A DNA stretch of 64,000 nt from Octopus sinensis (GCF_006345805.1 NC_042997.1:192882001-192946000), one strand, 5' to 3'; shown: positions 1 through 13,890, counted from the stretch's first letter. Numbers and translations are program-made. Notes: generated from the letters alone by a model not told the origin.

Positions 1-549
1 GGATCATTTCAATAGTGTGTTGGCGATAGTAAATGTTTCTGTTGGTACTGATAAGATGAAATTTGTTAACATCTACTCATTTCAAGAACTTTTATACCAG
101 AAGCGCTGACAGGGCTCTGCCTCACTTCTGTCCTTGAAGACTTGCATACCCACCTACCTCTTTCTCTCTATACATAATGGACTAACCAACAGCAGCTCAT
201 TTGCTCAACAGAACACATAGAATTAATTTTATGCTGACCCCTTTTTCCTTATTGTTTTAAATATGCTGAGGTGCATGATCTAGTGGTTAGGACATTGCAT
301 CTGTAATCGTGAGATTGTGGTTTCAATTCTCAGACTTGATGGTGCATTGTATTCTTGAGTAAAATACTTCGTTCAGCATAGCTCCAGTCCACTCAGCTGT
401 AAATGTGAAGGACTGGCACCCCTTACATGTGGCATATTGTGATCTTGATCTCACACCAGGTCCTAGGAGTCCTAGAGACATTAATATCCAGATGTTGTTG
501 ATGATGATGATTAACTGTTTTTACATATTTGTCTTTTGTTCTCTTCTAG

Positions 550-654
550 ATATTACAAAACGTGGCCATTTCCATGATGTATATGAATTTCCACCTCCTG
601 AGCCTTTTAGTGGGTGTGCAAAGACATACCCTAGTCGTAATTCAAGAAATGCTG
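550..654 (+). CDS. WIPF: WIP-family penultimate coding exon (WASP-binding motif)
   Basis: ttctag acceptor, G/gtaagt donor; FHDVYEFPPPEPF..KTYPS. Confidence 0.82.
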
Positions 655-1641
655 GTAAGTCAACTAATACACATTCTTTTTGTGTGTGTGAGTACTGTCT
701 CCAACACCGGTCAGTTGTCCAGTCAGCCATGCCTACTTGTCTGTGTCCAAACAGCTGGACCCAGTTATTTCATTCTGACCTGTTGATGTAGAGTCATCCA
801 TTTCATTTGGAAAAAAAAAAAGACAATGCCTAGATTTTTTTTCAATTTTTGTCATGGCCGATGCCAGTACCACTTGACTGGCACCTGTACTGGTGGCACA
901 TAAAAAGCACCATTCGAGCGTGGTCATTGCCAGTGCCACCTGACTGGCTCCCATGCAGGTGGCATGTAAAAAGCACCCGCTACACTCTCAGAGTGGTTGA
1001 CATTAGGAAGGGCATCCAGTTGTAGAAACCTTGCCAGATCAGATTGGAGCCTGGCAGAAACGTCAGCACGTCGGGTGAAATGCTTAGCGGTATTTCGTCT
1101 GCCGTTACGTTGTGAGTTCAAATTCCGCCAAGGTCGACTTTACCTTTCATCCTTTCGGAGTCGATAAATTAAGTACCACTTATGCACTGGGGTCGATGTA
1201 ATCGACTTAATACCTGTGTCTGTCCTTGTTTGTCCCCTCTATGTTTAACCCCTTGTGGGTAATGAAAAAATAGGTACAGCCTTCTGGCTTGCCAGCCTTG
1301 AGTCAAACCGTCAAACCCATGCCAGCATGGAAGGCAGACGTTTAACGATGATGATGATGAACATATTCTAGGTGCTGGCCACACAGCTGGGGTTCTTTGA
1401 CAATTAGCATAATCTTTATGTTACTCTTTTACTTGTTTCAGTCATTTGACTGCGGCCATGCTGCAGCACCGCCTTTAATCGAGCAACTTGACCCCGGGAC
1501 TTATTCTTTTGTAAGCCCAGTACTTATTCTATCGGTCTCTTTTACCGAACCGCTAAGTAACGGGGACATAAACACACTAGCATTGGTTGTCAAGCAATGC
1601 TAGGGGGACAAACACAGACACACAAACACACACACGCATAT

Positions 1642-1674
<33 letters not shown>

Positions 1675-3772
1675 CAACGGGCTTCTTTTCAGTTTCCGTC
1701 TACCAAATCCACTCACAAGGCTTTGGTCGGCCCGAGGCTATAGCAGAAGACACTTGCCCAAGATGCCACACAGTGGGACTGAACCCGGAACCATGTGGTT
1801 GGTAAACAAGCTACTTACCACACAGCTGCAGCATGTTTCATTTGTCTTGGTTAAACACTACTGGGCATGTTTTCAGCTTGAAAAAAATGGTTCTGTTTGT
1901 AGTCCTGAAAAATTTCCTACACTTTGGATTGCCCTAAAGACAACAATTAAAAGCTGCTGCATAAATATCAGTTCATAAAAGACAAAAAAACGAAAGATGG
2001 AGACTGGTGGGGGGAACAACAGACGAGGTTTATAAGTTTCCCTCTCAGGAGATCTGGAAGACATTTTTGATGCTTTGAGCCTATGCTTATCTACAGAAAG
2101 GAATGAGGAGAGGAAAAAAATGGAATGGGAAGAAAAATATCTGTCTGGATTAACAATTAACTATAGGCGTAGGAGTGGCTGTGTGGTAAGTAGCTTGCTT
2201 ACCAACCACATGGTTCTGGGTTCAGTCCCACTGCGTGGCACCTTGGGCAAGTGTCTTCTGCTATAGCCTCAGGCCGACCAAAGCCTTGTGAGTGGATTTG
2301 GTAGATGGAAACACAAAGAAACCCGTCGTATATATATATATATATATATATGTTTGTGTGTCTGTGTTTGTCCCCCCAACATCGCTTGACAACTGATGCT
2401 GGTGTGTTTATGTCCCCGTAACTTAGCGGTTCAGCAAAAGAGACAGATAGAATAAGTACTAGGCTTACAAAGAATAAGTCCTGGGGTCAATTTGCTCGAC
2501 TAAAGGCAGTGCTCCAGCATGGCCACAGTCAAATAACTGAAACAAGTAAAAGAGTAAAAATTTTTTAAAAAGTGTTATTGCACATGTAGAATTTATATTC
2601 TTTTACTCGTTTCTGTCATTTGACTGGGGCCATGCTAGAGCACCGCCTTTTAGTCAAAAGAAATCGAATCCTGGACTTATTCTTTGTAAGCCCAGTACCT
2701 ATTCTATCATTCCTCTTTGCCAAACTGCTAAGTTACAGGGATGTAAACACACCAACATCTGTTGTCAAGTAATGACAGTGGGGGGGGGGGTCAAACACAA
2801 AGACACACACATAAGTATATACATATGTATACGACAGGTTTCTTTCAGTTTCTGTCTACAAAACCTGCTCACAAGGTTTTGGTCAGTGCAAGGCTATAGT
2901 AGAAGACACTTGCCCAAGGTGCCACGCAGTGGGACTGAACCTGGAGCCATGTGGTTGAGAAGCAAGCTTCTTACCACACAGTCATACTGCTGACCAGAAC
3001 TCCATATTGGACAAGGAGCTTTTGTTCTGTTCTAAACCTTTCTATCTAATTCTTTAGCATTTTGACTTAATGTGTTGCAAAGTTACCACATTCTCAGGGG
3101 AATCCTACATAATGAACACAAATTTTACCATTTCATATCACCACAGATCTATGTCTTCCACTAAGCATTTCACCCGGTGTGCTAATATTTCTGCCAGCTC
3201 GCTGCCTTGTGGTACCTATTTTATCAACTCCCAAAAGGATGAAAGGCTAAGTCAACCTTGACAGAATGCAAAAGTGGATGAAATGCTGCTAGCATGCTAA
3301 CAGTTTTGCCAGCTCCTTGCCTTAACCCTTTAGTGTTCAGATTATTCTATCAAACATAATGTTTATTGATTCACATTGATTTGAATTAATCATACTTTAT
3401 CTCATATCTTCAAGATTTTGATGGTGTAATTACTTAATGTAGAATAACATTGTAGGGTAGGTGTGAGGGCCTGGATCTGGTCGGTTTGATCATGAAACAT
3501 ATTTTGGCCGGATATGGCCGGTTTAAATACTAAAGGGTTAATCAATAATAATTGTTTTTAATTTTGATACAAGGCCAGCAACTTTTTAGGGGGTGGGTAA
3601 ATTGAGTACATCAGCCCCAGTAGTCAACTGGTACCCAAAACATTGTTTCCAAATATTTACCAATTCTTATGTATAAATCTGACTATAGTCCTTTTTTTTT
3701 ATTTATTTTGCAGCTGGAAATCGCCGGGCTCCGCCACCTCCTCCTCCCCCTCCAATTTCTGCGGTGCGATGA
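550..3772 (+). CDS. WIPF: WASP-interacting protein (WIP/verprolin family), 3' end only; span of last two coding exons
   Basis: Exons 550-654 and 3714-3772 join in phase 1 to give ..DITKRGHFHDVYEFPPPEPFSGCAKTYPSRNSRNAAGNRRAPPPPPPPPISAVR*. This matches the WIP C-terminal WASP-binding segment (FH..xPPPEP...KxYPS) followed by an NRR..APP tail. Splice sites are canonical AG/GT. Confidence 0.8.
3322..3541. mobile_element. TTAA-flanked (piggyBac-type) MITE, family 1; further copies at ~5425-5650, 14749-14977, 16750-16870, 56633-56735
   Basis: TTAA|CCCTTTAGTGTT...AAATACTAAAGGG|TTAA with shared internal ggccggatatggccggtttaaatgct. Confidence 0.75.
3714..3772 (+). CDS. WIPF: WIP-family terminal coding exon
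   Basis: tttattttgcag acceptor, phase compatible with previous exon; (A)GNRRAPPPPPPPPISAVR* with TGA at 3770-3772. Confidence 0.75.
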
Positions 3773-4014
3773 ATACTGCCATGGCCTCTTTTACAACATG
3801 CAATATCTCAGCTCCAAAGCATCTCCATTCTGCTCCAGTTTCTCCATTCTCTTCCTTGTGATATCACAGACGGACGAATGAATGGACGGATGGATGGACG
3901 GTGCTACTGCTGAGGATTCCAAGACTCCAGCATCAATCTACTTTATACTGTTGATAGCATATGTTGGATTTTTGTTTGAGAAAATTCTACATACGAGGTT
4001 CTATGTGTATGTAT

Positions 4015-4046
<32 letters not shown>

Positions 4047-6090
4047 GCATGTGTATGTTTGCGCGTTTCTATGCATGTCTCCGCCACCCTTTCTTACTTC
4101 CTAGTTTACGCCTCAAACCATTTCTTTTATTCTTTTTGTTACCTTCCCCTTCCCTATTCCCTTCTTTTTAATTTTCCATTCGTAATTTCTAACCATGTTC
4201 TTCTAATGGAAATTTGCTACGGTGTAATGGGTTTCATCCTACATGACAGAACATAAGCTGGTATTCTACTTTATCTATCTATCTGCATACATTTATAAAA
4301 ATGGAATAGATTTCTATAACAAACCTCGACTTCAAAAAATAGTGCCACCAGATGATTGTTCTGGAAATGTGTATTTTTTTTTCTTTTCATATGGAGTAAA
4401 TAGCATTTAATAATTTCTGACAAAAAATAGTATAAAGAATACTTACTAATTGTACAAAAAAAATGATATAAATGAATTGTGTTGCAAGGAATATATGAGT
4501 GTGTGTGTATATATATATATGTATATACAGAGAGATAAACACACTTACATACATCTATCTACACACACATGCACAGAGGAACATAAGCTCTTTTTCCCCC
4601 ACATAAGTAGTAATACAAAGAAATGAAATTGAAAGTGCACTTGGTGTCTTTTATAATATTTATTTACATTAGTTTAACCATTATCACATTTTCATGGTTT
4701 TCAAAAGTGACTTTTGAAAATTTTGAAATGGTTATGTAAATAAATCTTTTAAAAAATTCCTAGTACAATTTCTATTTTCTTTCTTTACACATGTACAAAC
4801 TCTAGAGGGTAGTTACTCTTTTTCTCTTTGAACTTACATAATGGAACTGGAATCCAATTCCATTTATATCTTCTTCCCTTTTGAGAAGAAATTTATATGT
4901 TGATTATTTTTATCATCTTTGTTTCATTGTCGATAGTAATATTATACTGTCTTTTGTGAACACAGACATGAAATGACTAGGTGTATAAGATATTAAAGAC
5001 TGCCAACTCATGGGTTGTGAGTTCAAAAATACTGCAGAGAGTTTTGCATGTCTCTGGGTAAACAGGACACTTAATTCTACATCCCACTGGACTCTTACAT
5101 CACCACATTATTAGGAAGAAGTACAAAAACTCATTAGGAAAACTAATTATCATAGAATGCAGTCTAGTACTCTATCCAAAAAGAGTATTTTTTTTTTCCT
5201 CATTTACTTGCTTAAACTTGCTAAGCACCATTTCTGAGTGATGCCTTGTGGTTCTTGAAAGACATTACCTTCAGGTTTCCATTAATTATTCAAACACATG
5301 CTCTCAAGTACAGTTATTTTTACATTTTTAACACGTATCAGCCTTTATATATTCATTTTGTTGTAACCCTAGCTCTACTCAGGTGTTCAGCACCAAATAG
5401 TGATGTAATACAACTTCTAAAGATTTCCTTTAGTGTTCACATTATTCTGCCAAAATTAATGCTTCTTCATCTACATTGCCTTGAACTAATCAGGCATTAT
5501 CTTGTAGCTATGAGATTTTGATGAGGTAGCTGTTAATTTTTAAAACAATATTGTAGGGTTGGTGTGAGAGACCAGATCTGACCAGTTTGAACATAAAACA
5601 GGTAGAATATTTTTGGCCGGATATGGCCGGTTTAAATGCTAAAAGGTTAAAGAAAAACATATTTTGATGAACTGAAGCTGTCATTTGCAGACAGGAGAGT
5701 GGGGGTGGATAACATCACATTTTTTTTTTATCCTGAGTGAGGCAACAGTTTGAATTATGAAGATGGAATATTCCATTTGGTATGTGCATTTAAATAATGT
5801 ATTTGAACTGAAATGGTGAAGAAAGGTAAGGTGCTCAGCAAATGGGTTTTATTTGTTAGTGAGAATGTTTCCATAAAAATCTTAGATCTTTTCCTCCCCA
5901 CTGCACCTCCACCCAGCTTGTATTGCTTCTTACCTCATGAGATACTTCACATATACAAAATCATGTGAGTATATACACACACACACACACACACACAGAG
6001 GCATACATTCCATTGTGCCTACAAAGACAAGGATATTACTTTGCAACCAACCGAACTGAAATGTATGCTTCACATGAAATCATTATTTAA

Positions 6091-6477
6091 AACTAGCAGT
6101 ATCGCCCGGCGTTGCTCGGGTTTGTAAGGGAAATAACTATATAAGCATTTTTAGAAATGTAAAGTATAATAGCCATCTCAATATGGCTAACCACAAAGGG
6201 GGGAGGGGTGTTACTGTAGCTTTTTATGTTCTGAGATTTAATAAATTTTTAGAGAGTTACTTCCCTTATATATGCCAAAAATGCATTAAAAATGGGAAAA
6301 ATTGATGGTAAATTTTTTTTTAAATCGTAGACTCATCGTAGATGCGCGCTAATACCCAGAAGGGCTCGATATGAATCACGACTATATGGTTAAACTGCAC
6401 CGCAAAATGTGGTAGTAGTTAGGAATCTAAATCGTAGGAGACAGACAGCACACAACCTCACTTTTATATATAAAGAT
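6091..6477 (-). mobile_element. Non-autonomous Helitron-like element
   Basis: On the minus strand: A|TCTTTATATATAAAAG 5' end, 3' hairpin CCCGAGCAACGCCGGG followed by CTAG|T; no TSD; A/T insertion site. Confidence 0.7.
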
Positions 6478-6959
6478 TTATCTCATGATTTGATAGTACT
6501 GAAGCAGTTGATGAAAACTTATCTACACCATTTTATTCTAGCAATTTATTTCTCATTTTCCTTTTGTTCCTCATCTTACGTCGAGGGACGATTAGTCCTC
6601 GTTTTTGTTTCCTTTTTCCAAAAAGAAACTATGAAAATGCATATTTTAAAATACTTTTTAGAGATTTATTATACGTTCTGACACGAATCCAAATATATCC
6701 AGTGGGAACATTTTCGATGCTTTCATTGAGACTTTTAATAGAAATCATCATCCAAAAAGACAAAAAACTTGCTTTTCCTGTAAATATAAATTGTATATCT
6801 TTCTGGTTTATGAAATCACAATTCCACGGTTGTTTATAAAAAAAAAAAAAATAATAATAATAGTGGTTCTTCAGCTTTGTAAATTGTTTTTAGATTTTCC
6901 TCATGTTCGCTTCCTATTCGTCTTGTTCTTTCTTTGAATATACTTTCAAGAGCTTTTGT

Positions 6960-7230
6960 TTTGTGTGTGTGCATGGATGTATCCATATATATGTATGTGT
7001 CTATATGTACATAGATATATGTATATGTGTGTGTGTGTGTGTATGTATATGTACATAGATATATGTATACATGCATATGTGTGTGTGTATATGTACATAG
7101 ATATATGTATTTATATATATATATATATATATATACACATGCATATGTGTTTATATATATACATACGCACATGCATGTATGTATATATTATATATATGTA
7201 TGTATGCATGCATGGCTTGTGTTTGTATGT
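6960..7230. repeat. Compound (TA)/(TG) microsatellite; similar tracts at ~4000-4070, 13870-13930, 27488-27527 and 39280-39430
   Basis: Directly visible dinucleotide arrays; these generate the spurious YIYI/CVCV ORFs. Confidence 0.95.
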
Positions 7231-8639
7231 TAAGGAAACCAAGTGTAACTGTTCTGTATCTTTAAGTCCCTGCAAGCCCCCAACTCCTACCCACCCACCT
7301 TCAATGTTAAAAAAAAAAAAAACATCTATCTAGTATTAAAAAATACAACAAAACGTCTTTCATACACAAATTCCACATTTACCAGTAACAGCAATAATAT
7401 TTTTTGAAAGATTGAATAATTGGAATAATTTAATTTGTTACTGTCATATTTATTCCTTACACAATGTGTATGGATGCATATATGCCTTTATGTATGTATG
7501 TATATCATGTATGTGTGTGTATCTGTACTAAAGTGTAGGAGTTTACTTAATGTGTGTCAAAGCTGTCCACTACATTATCAATGTTGACCAAATGGCTATA
7601 TACCAGCTCTCCCTAATAGATGTGTGCTTGTTGAATAGTTTGATTTGTATTATAATTCTACTGACAAATATCATATTAGTGTGTATATATATATTTGATC
7701 AGTCAAATTCCCTTGTAATCGTATATTACGTTGGCAGTGGCTGGGGTACCTTGAATTAGTCGTTAGTTATGACAACGGGGAAACTTACCTAATAATTTGA
7801 ATAGCATGTCTGTGTATTAAGAAGAAAAAAAAAAAAACGAAAAAAATCTATCAAACAACCGAAATATGCATTTTATGTAAAATTTGTTACTATCATTGAC
7901 CTTAAAAAAAAAAAGCCTGCAGTTCAGACAGTGGTGACTTCATATGAAACAAATTAAAAATTGCAATCGCTTGCTCTCGTTTGTCCTCACATTGTTTCAA
8001 ATTCAATCGCTGTCACTGCTGCCATCATTCTTATTGACATGCACTAGCTATAAACAAGTTCAATAGAAACTAATTGACGTGTGCGATGTCTAATATGCAA
8101 GACAATTTTCTTCAAAAAAACAAAAGTCCTTTGAGTGATTCACTCCAAGAGGAAAATTTCTGTTTTGAATAAAAACAAATCTTTATCATTGTTGTTGTTT
8201 TCTATTCATTATTAATTTTCATTGTATCATGTTTGTTTTGATTTTGTTTATAGCTTCTTTTTTTTTTTAATCAGACATGGGTGTGTAATAAGAATCTTGC
8301 TTCCCAACTGCATGGTCTCAAGTTCAGTTCCTCTGAATGGCACCTTGGGCAAGTGTCTTCCACTATAGCCTCAGGCTGACCAAAGCCTTGTGGATGAATT
8401 TAGTAGACGGAAACTAAAAGAAGCCTAGTGTGTGTGTCTTGTGTCTACACCCAGAATCCAACTGCATGGCACCTTGGGCAAGTGTCTTCCACTATAGCCT
8501 CAGGCTGACCAAAGCCTTGTGGCTGGATTTAGTAGAGCAGCTGAATATGGCCAGTTTGAATGTAAAACAGAATATTTGGGCTAGATACGACCAGTTTAAA
8601 TGCTGATGGGTTAAGAATACACAGCTGTGGAGTACTCGG

Positions 8640-9105
8640 GCCAGTTCAGTTGAGCAAACAACTAGATACTCATATACCAAAATGAGTATGATCCCCTCCA
8701 TCATCATGCTGTTCTACAACCCATACAGTAGTCCTCAGCATAAAGCTGTTCCCAAGGACAGCCAGTCTTGAACTCTTCTGTTATGACTTGGAGGTCTATA
8801 AAAACAGGAAATGAGGATTGAGGAATAGTGGACACCTACCTAGATGTTAAATTCAACACTGCAGTTATCACTGTCTACACATCTGTACATGGCTTGTACG
8901 TTTATAACCATTCATCTCTCCTACTTTCCTTACCAACCCCAGATTACAAAGCATGTAATCTGTCAAGGGTCTTTTCCAGATTAACAAATGCGAGATGCCT
9001 CTGCAATTATTTTAGCTTTCAATTCACAGGAGCACATCTTGTATATTTTGCATACACTTCTTCAATCCAGTTCAAAATTTACTACAATAACTTTGGAACA
9101 GTCTG
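8640..9105 (-). mobile_element. RTE LINE RT fragment
   Basis: Reverse strand shows a decayed version of the same ITEEFKTGCPWE.LYA.D segment as 62650-62750. Confidence 0.7.
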
Positions 9106-9824
9106 ACACCTGTCAGATTTGTTCAAACAATCTAAAAATTTAATTATTAAACATGGCACCTTGGGCAAGTGTCTTCTATAGCCTCAGACCGACCAAGACC
9201 TTGTGAGTGGATTTGGTGTCTGTCCCCATCACACTTGACAACTGATGGTACGTTTATGTCCCCATGACTTAGCAGTTCAGCAAAAGAGACCGACAGATTA
9301 AGCAACAGGGTTTTAAAAAAAAGTCTAGAGGTCATTTTGTTCAACCAACAACCCTTCAAGGCAGTGCTCCAGCATGGGCCAGTCAAATGACCGAAACAAA
9401 TAAAGCAAACAAAAACACACACACAACACATATATAAAACCAATACAGAAAAGGCAAACATTTCTTATTGTATTACATATACAAAATTTCAAAACTGGGA
9501 TTAGTGGCTTGGTTGGGGGTAGGGGAATGTTTGTAAAAGTTAATTCAATATTTTGTTATTGTTGTTGTTCTTAAGGAATTAAATAGATAAATATTAGGTA
9601 AAAATCAAGCTTTTTCTTTCTTCTTCACTTGTTTTCTTTTTTTTTTTTTAATAAGAATTTGGAAAAGTTTTTTCAGTCAAAAAATAAACAAAATAAGAAC
9701 ATATGGCATTTTTAAATTCATTCTGAATAGTTGGCTATAATTTAGTGAATGCAAAAAACTTAATTTCGAAGAATTACAAATTGTCCATAGCGTTTTACAT
9801 TTTTCAGATGAGATTTCAAGTGTT

Positions 9825-9842
9825 TCAAGAAAGTGTCATCCT
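9825..9842 (-). CDS. CCDC47: CCDC47 terminal coding exon (RMTLS*)
   Basis: Strong tttttcttttacag acceptor; phase 0 gives RMTLS-TGA; followed by AT-rich UTR-like DNA. It is short, so less certain. Confidence 0.6.
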   Translation of the reverse strand, partial: RMTLS

Positions 9843-12800
9843 CTGTAAAAGAAAAAAAAGAAAGCCATTAATTAATGAAATGGTATTTGATAGAATATGC
9901 AATTTTTATTATTAGCATTGTTCTATCAACAAAGACAAGGCTTTAGAATCATTCTGTCCGGTTTCATACAATAACAATTTTTACTTGGGCTAATGTCTTC
10001 TATTTTAGCTCCAAGCCAATCAAAGCTTTGAGTGGATTTGGTAGGTGGAAACTGTGTGTGTTTGAGAGAGAGGAGAGTGTTTGTCTCCTTGTCTACACAA
10101 TATCATCATTGTTTAACGTCTGCTTTCTACGCTGGCATGGGTTCGACAGTTTGACTGGGGACTGGTGAGCCAGATGGCTGCACCAGGCTTCGATCTTTAT
10201 CTGGCATAGTTTCTACAGCTCGATGCCCTTCCTAATGCCAACCACTCCGAGAGTGTAGTGGGTGCCTTTACATGCCACCGGCACAAGGGCCAGTCAGGCG
10301 GTACTCGCAACAGCCATGCTCAAATGGTGTTTTTACATGCCGCCAGTCCAGTGGCACTGGCAATGCCCTCAAATGTTTTTCACGTACCACTGGCACAAGT
10401 GCCAGTAAGGTGACACTGGTAACTATCCCGCTCCAATGGTGCTTTTTACATGCCACCGGCACGAGAGCCAGTCAGCGGCCCTGGCAACAATCACGCGATA
10501 GTTGTAAATGAGTGTCACTGACATAAGCAATGTCAATCATCATCATCATCGTTTAACGTCCACTTTCCATGCTAGCATGGGTTGGACGATTTTGACTGAG
10601 GACTGGCGACCCAGATGGCTGCACCAGACTCCAATCTGATCTGGCAGAGTTTCTACAGCTGGATGCTCTTCCTAACGCCAATCACTCCGAGAGTATAATG
10701 GGTGCTTTTTATGTGTCACCAGCATGGGGACAAGTCAGGTGGTACCGGCAACGGCCTCACTCGAATCTTTTTACACATGCATCCAGCACAGGTGCCAGTA
10801 AGGCGATGTTGGTAACGATCACACTCGAATGGTGCCTTCCAATATTCTGTGTAAACGTATCTGGCCATGGGGAAATACTACTTTGCTTGGAAACAAGTGA
10901 GGGTTGGTGACAAGAACATCCAGTAATAGAAAATTTGGTTTGAACTCCATCCCCACAAAATATGGACCTTTAAAACGATGATGATGTAGTTTTGGGAAAG
11001 TACTGAACAAAGTGCTTAGAGTAGTGTCTGATCAGTAAGAGGAGATAAGAGAGACAGGTGAGGTAAATGAGGAAAAAAAACAAGAAGAGACTGCATACCT
11101 TCATTTTTGGTTGTTTCTTTTTCAGATCTCTTTTATTTTCCCGTTCCTATGATACAAAACAAAAATGTGGTTAAAAAAAAGGTCACTAGATGTTAGTGAA
11201 GGATTGAAATATTCGAAGAATAGCAGCAGTTTTGAGATATTATCTTAACCATGCATCCCCATAATTGACAAACAACATAAAAAGTAGCAGCAAAGCTTTC
11301 TCGTTATTACATTAGCTGCATTGTAGTTAAACTACACTGAAATCTTTTAATGCAACAAAAAGAACCCAGTGGAACACAGAGTTCATTTGGATGCCCAACA
11401 ACCTAGCAACAAGACCCAGAGCTATATCACTGCCACATTATAATTGCTGCTGTTGTACAAGAACCAATAGCAAGCATGAGATAAATAAGAACATGACAGA
11501 AACACAGATTGCAAGCTTAGATAAGGTGGGTAGCTGGCAGAAGCATTAGCACACTGGGTGAAATGCTTAGCGGTATTTCTTTTGCCATTACGTTCTGACC
11601 ACGTAATTCTGCCGAGGTCGACTTTGCCTTTCATCCTTTCGGGGACGATTAAATAAGTAACCTGTTACACACTGGGGTCGATGTAATCGATTTAATCCCT
11701 TTGTCTGTCCTTGTTTGTTCCCTCTATGTGTAGCCCTTTGTGGGCAATACAGAAATAAGAAACAGATTGCAAGCTTAAGAGAGTCGGTGATACAAGTCTT
11801 TCAAAGAGAATACTTCATTTGAAGTGAACACTTTAGACATCACAAGCAAATTAATTTAGCCAGATATGGCCAGTCTAAACGCTAAAAAGAAATTTTGATG
11901 TTAAAAGCAGAAAATTGCAACAAAAATCCAAATAATCTGGAACTCAGATATCAGATTATTTGGGTTTTTGTCAACTTCAATACTTCACAGTAGATTTGAT
12001 TTTAAATTTACACCATTGGCTCAAAATATTAGATAACTATAAGCTGTTTAACCCTTTCATTACCATATTTATTTTGAGATGCTCTGTGTTTCTTTCAATT
12101 AATTTTGAATATAACAAAGAATTTAGTAAAATAACTGAGTTATCATTAAGCTAGTGTTAGGAACATAAATTGTGACCAAGGTTTGGTGGAAGATTTTAAT
12201 TCAAAATTTATGAAAAGACATTTGTACTACAGAGCCAGAGCCAGTTTCAGCCGGGTTTGTAACAAAAGGGTTAACATATTTGAGCAATTGTTTTACTTTA
12301 TACTTTACTTAGAACAAGGGCCAACACTAACCTCCCACTTCCGAGTCTTATCAGGATCATCTTCATTCATTATCTTTTCTTTTTCTGCCCTTCGTTTCTC
12401 TTCTCTTCTCTGTTGTGCAGCTTCTTGGCGCTGAGCATGGGCAGCTTTTAGAAATGCTTCTTCAGCTTTTTGTCGGTTCCTTTCAGCCTTTTGACGAGCC
12501 TATATACAATAAATAGACACATAGTAAGAACTTAATTATTTTTTTTAAAATTTACATGGAATGATTTTGTATGACCTCGGCATCAGTCTTTGCAATACAA
12601 TAATGATGTACAAAATTAATATTCAGTTTATAAGAGCCAACAAATAAAAAACTATTCTCAAACTCAGCAACACAGCTTTGTTATGATTCTACAAAGTATA
12701 TAACTGATAAGTTAGTGGTAGTATCTAAGAGAACTGGATAGACAAAATCTTACTTCAGCTCATAAAGTAAGATTTACTCAATTTAATCCTCTAAATGCAT

Positions 12801-13890
12801 AAAATTTTGAAGATCAGTGTTTAAATTTTTCTCAATCTATGGTAGTCGCTGTCTGTTTTCTTCTATGGCCTGCTGTGCTTGAGGAGAACTATTGAGTCAA
12901 GTACATCAACATCAAAATAAAAATCAAATAGAAATTGTAGTTGTGATACCCATACCGGTGGCACGTAAAAAGCACCATTCGAACGTGGCCAATGTCAATG
13001 TCGCCTTGACTGTCATCTGTGCCAGTGACACGTAAAAAGCGCCAACTGATCATGGCTGTTTACCAGCCTCCTCTGGCCCCTGATCCGGTGGTTGGCATTA
13101 GGAAGAGCATCAAAAAAAAAAAAAAATCGTTAACACGGTCCCTGAAAGGGATATTTATATATATCTAATATATTTTATTTTAAATGCCAAGGGAAATAAC
13201 CCATTCCTTTTCCTAAATTATTTCGGTATAAATCAAATTGAGTATGCTTATTTCTTAGTATTTGAACTGTTAGAGTTATTTTCACAATTTATCCAGTACA
13301 ACCTTTAAACAAGTAAATAGTATTTTCCTAAACAATAGATCCACTTATTTTGATTAGTGACTTATTCACGAATATACCCAACTCCAGCGCTGCTGAAAGC
13401 AATGTTCTCTGGGAACGCACAGAAGGCCTTTTCAGAGTTATTTACTTTGAATTGTTGTTAACTCATATCTGATTAACCTGTTATTATGTAACATGCTTCA
13501 CGATTTTAGTATACATACCCTATTGGTATTTCCTCTTAAGTTCTATATACTCTGAGAACGCATTAAAGCCTCTTTCGGGGCTACTTTATTTGAATTCTTA
13601 CTATCGGGTAATTAATCTCATATTACATAACTGACTTCACAATTTGGGTATTCATAAACTTATTGGAAATTCCTAAAAACAAGATCCTCTGTAAAACAGT
13701 TTGGTATTCTCTGTAAATGCACAAAAACCGTTTTAAGGGCTACATACTTTGTATTGTTGTTATTGGATTAACAAAACAATTATGAGAATGGAACCAAGGG
13801 GTAAGCCCCGCTTTCCAGGAAATTACTGGGTACATCAGCTAGTATATATATATAAACGATGATGATGATGAGATAGATAGATAGATAGAG

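Noticed and set aside
405-791. 128-aa ORF as a stand-alone gene
   Set aside because: Only 550-654 is coding (WIP exon). The rest is SINE and intron read-through.
850-1050. Short repeated ggcacgtaaaaagcacc units with variable intervening sequence, superficially like a CRISPR array (also at 10270-10500, 52560-52820, 56880-57170)
   Set aside because: Internal subrepeats of SINE family A. The spacers are homologous to each other, repeats are not of fixed length, there are no cas genes and the context is eukaryotic.
6834-7333. ORFs rich in YIYI/CVCV/HTHT (also at 1587, 3882, 13835, 39205, 50524, 59598)
   Set aside because: Translations of TA/TG microsatellites.
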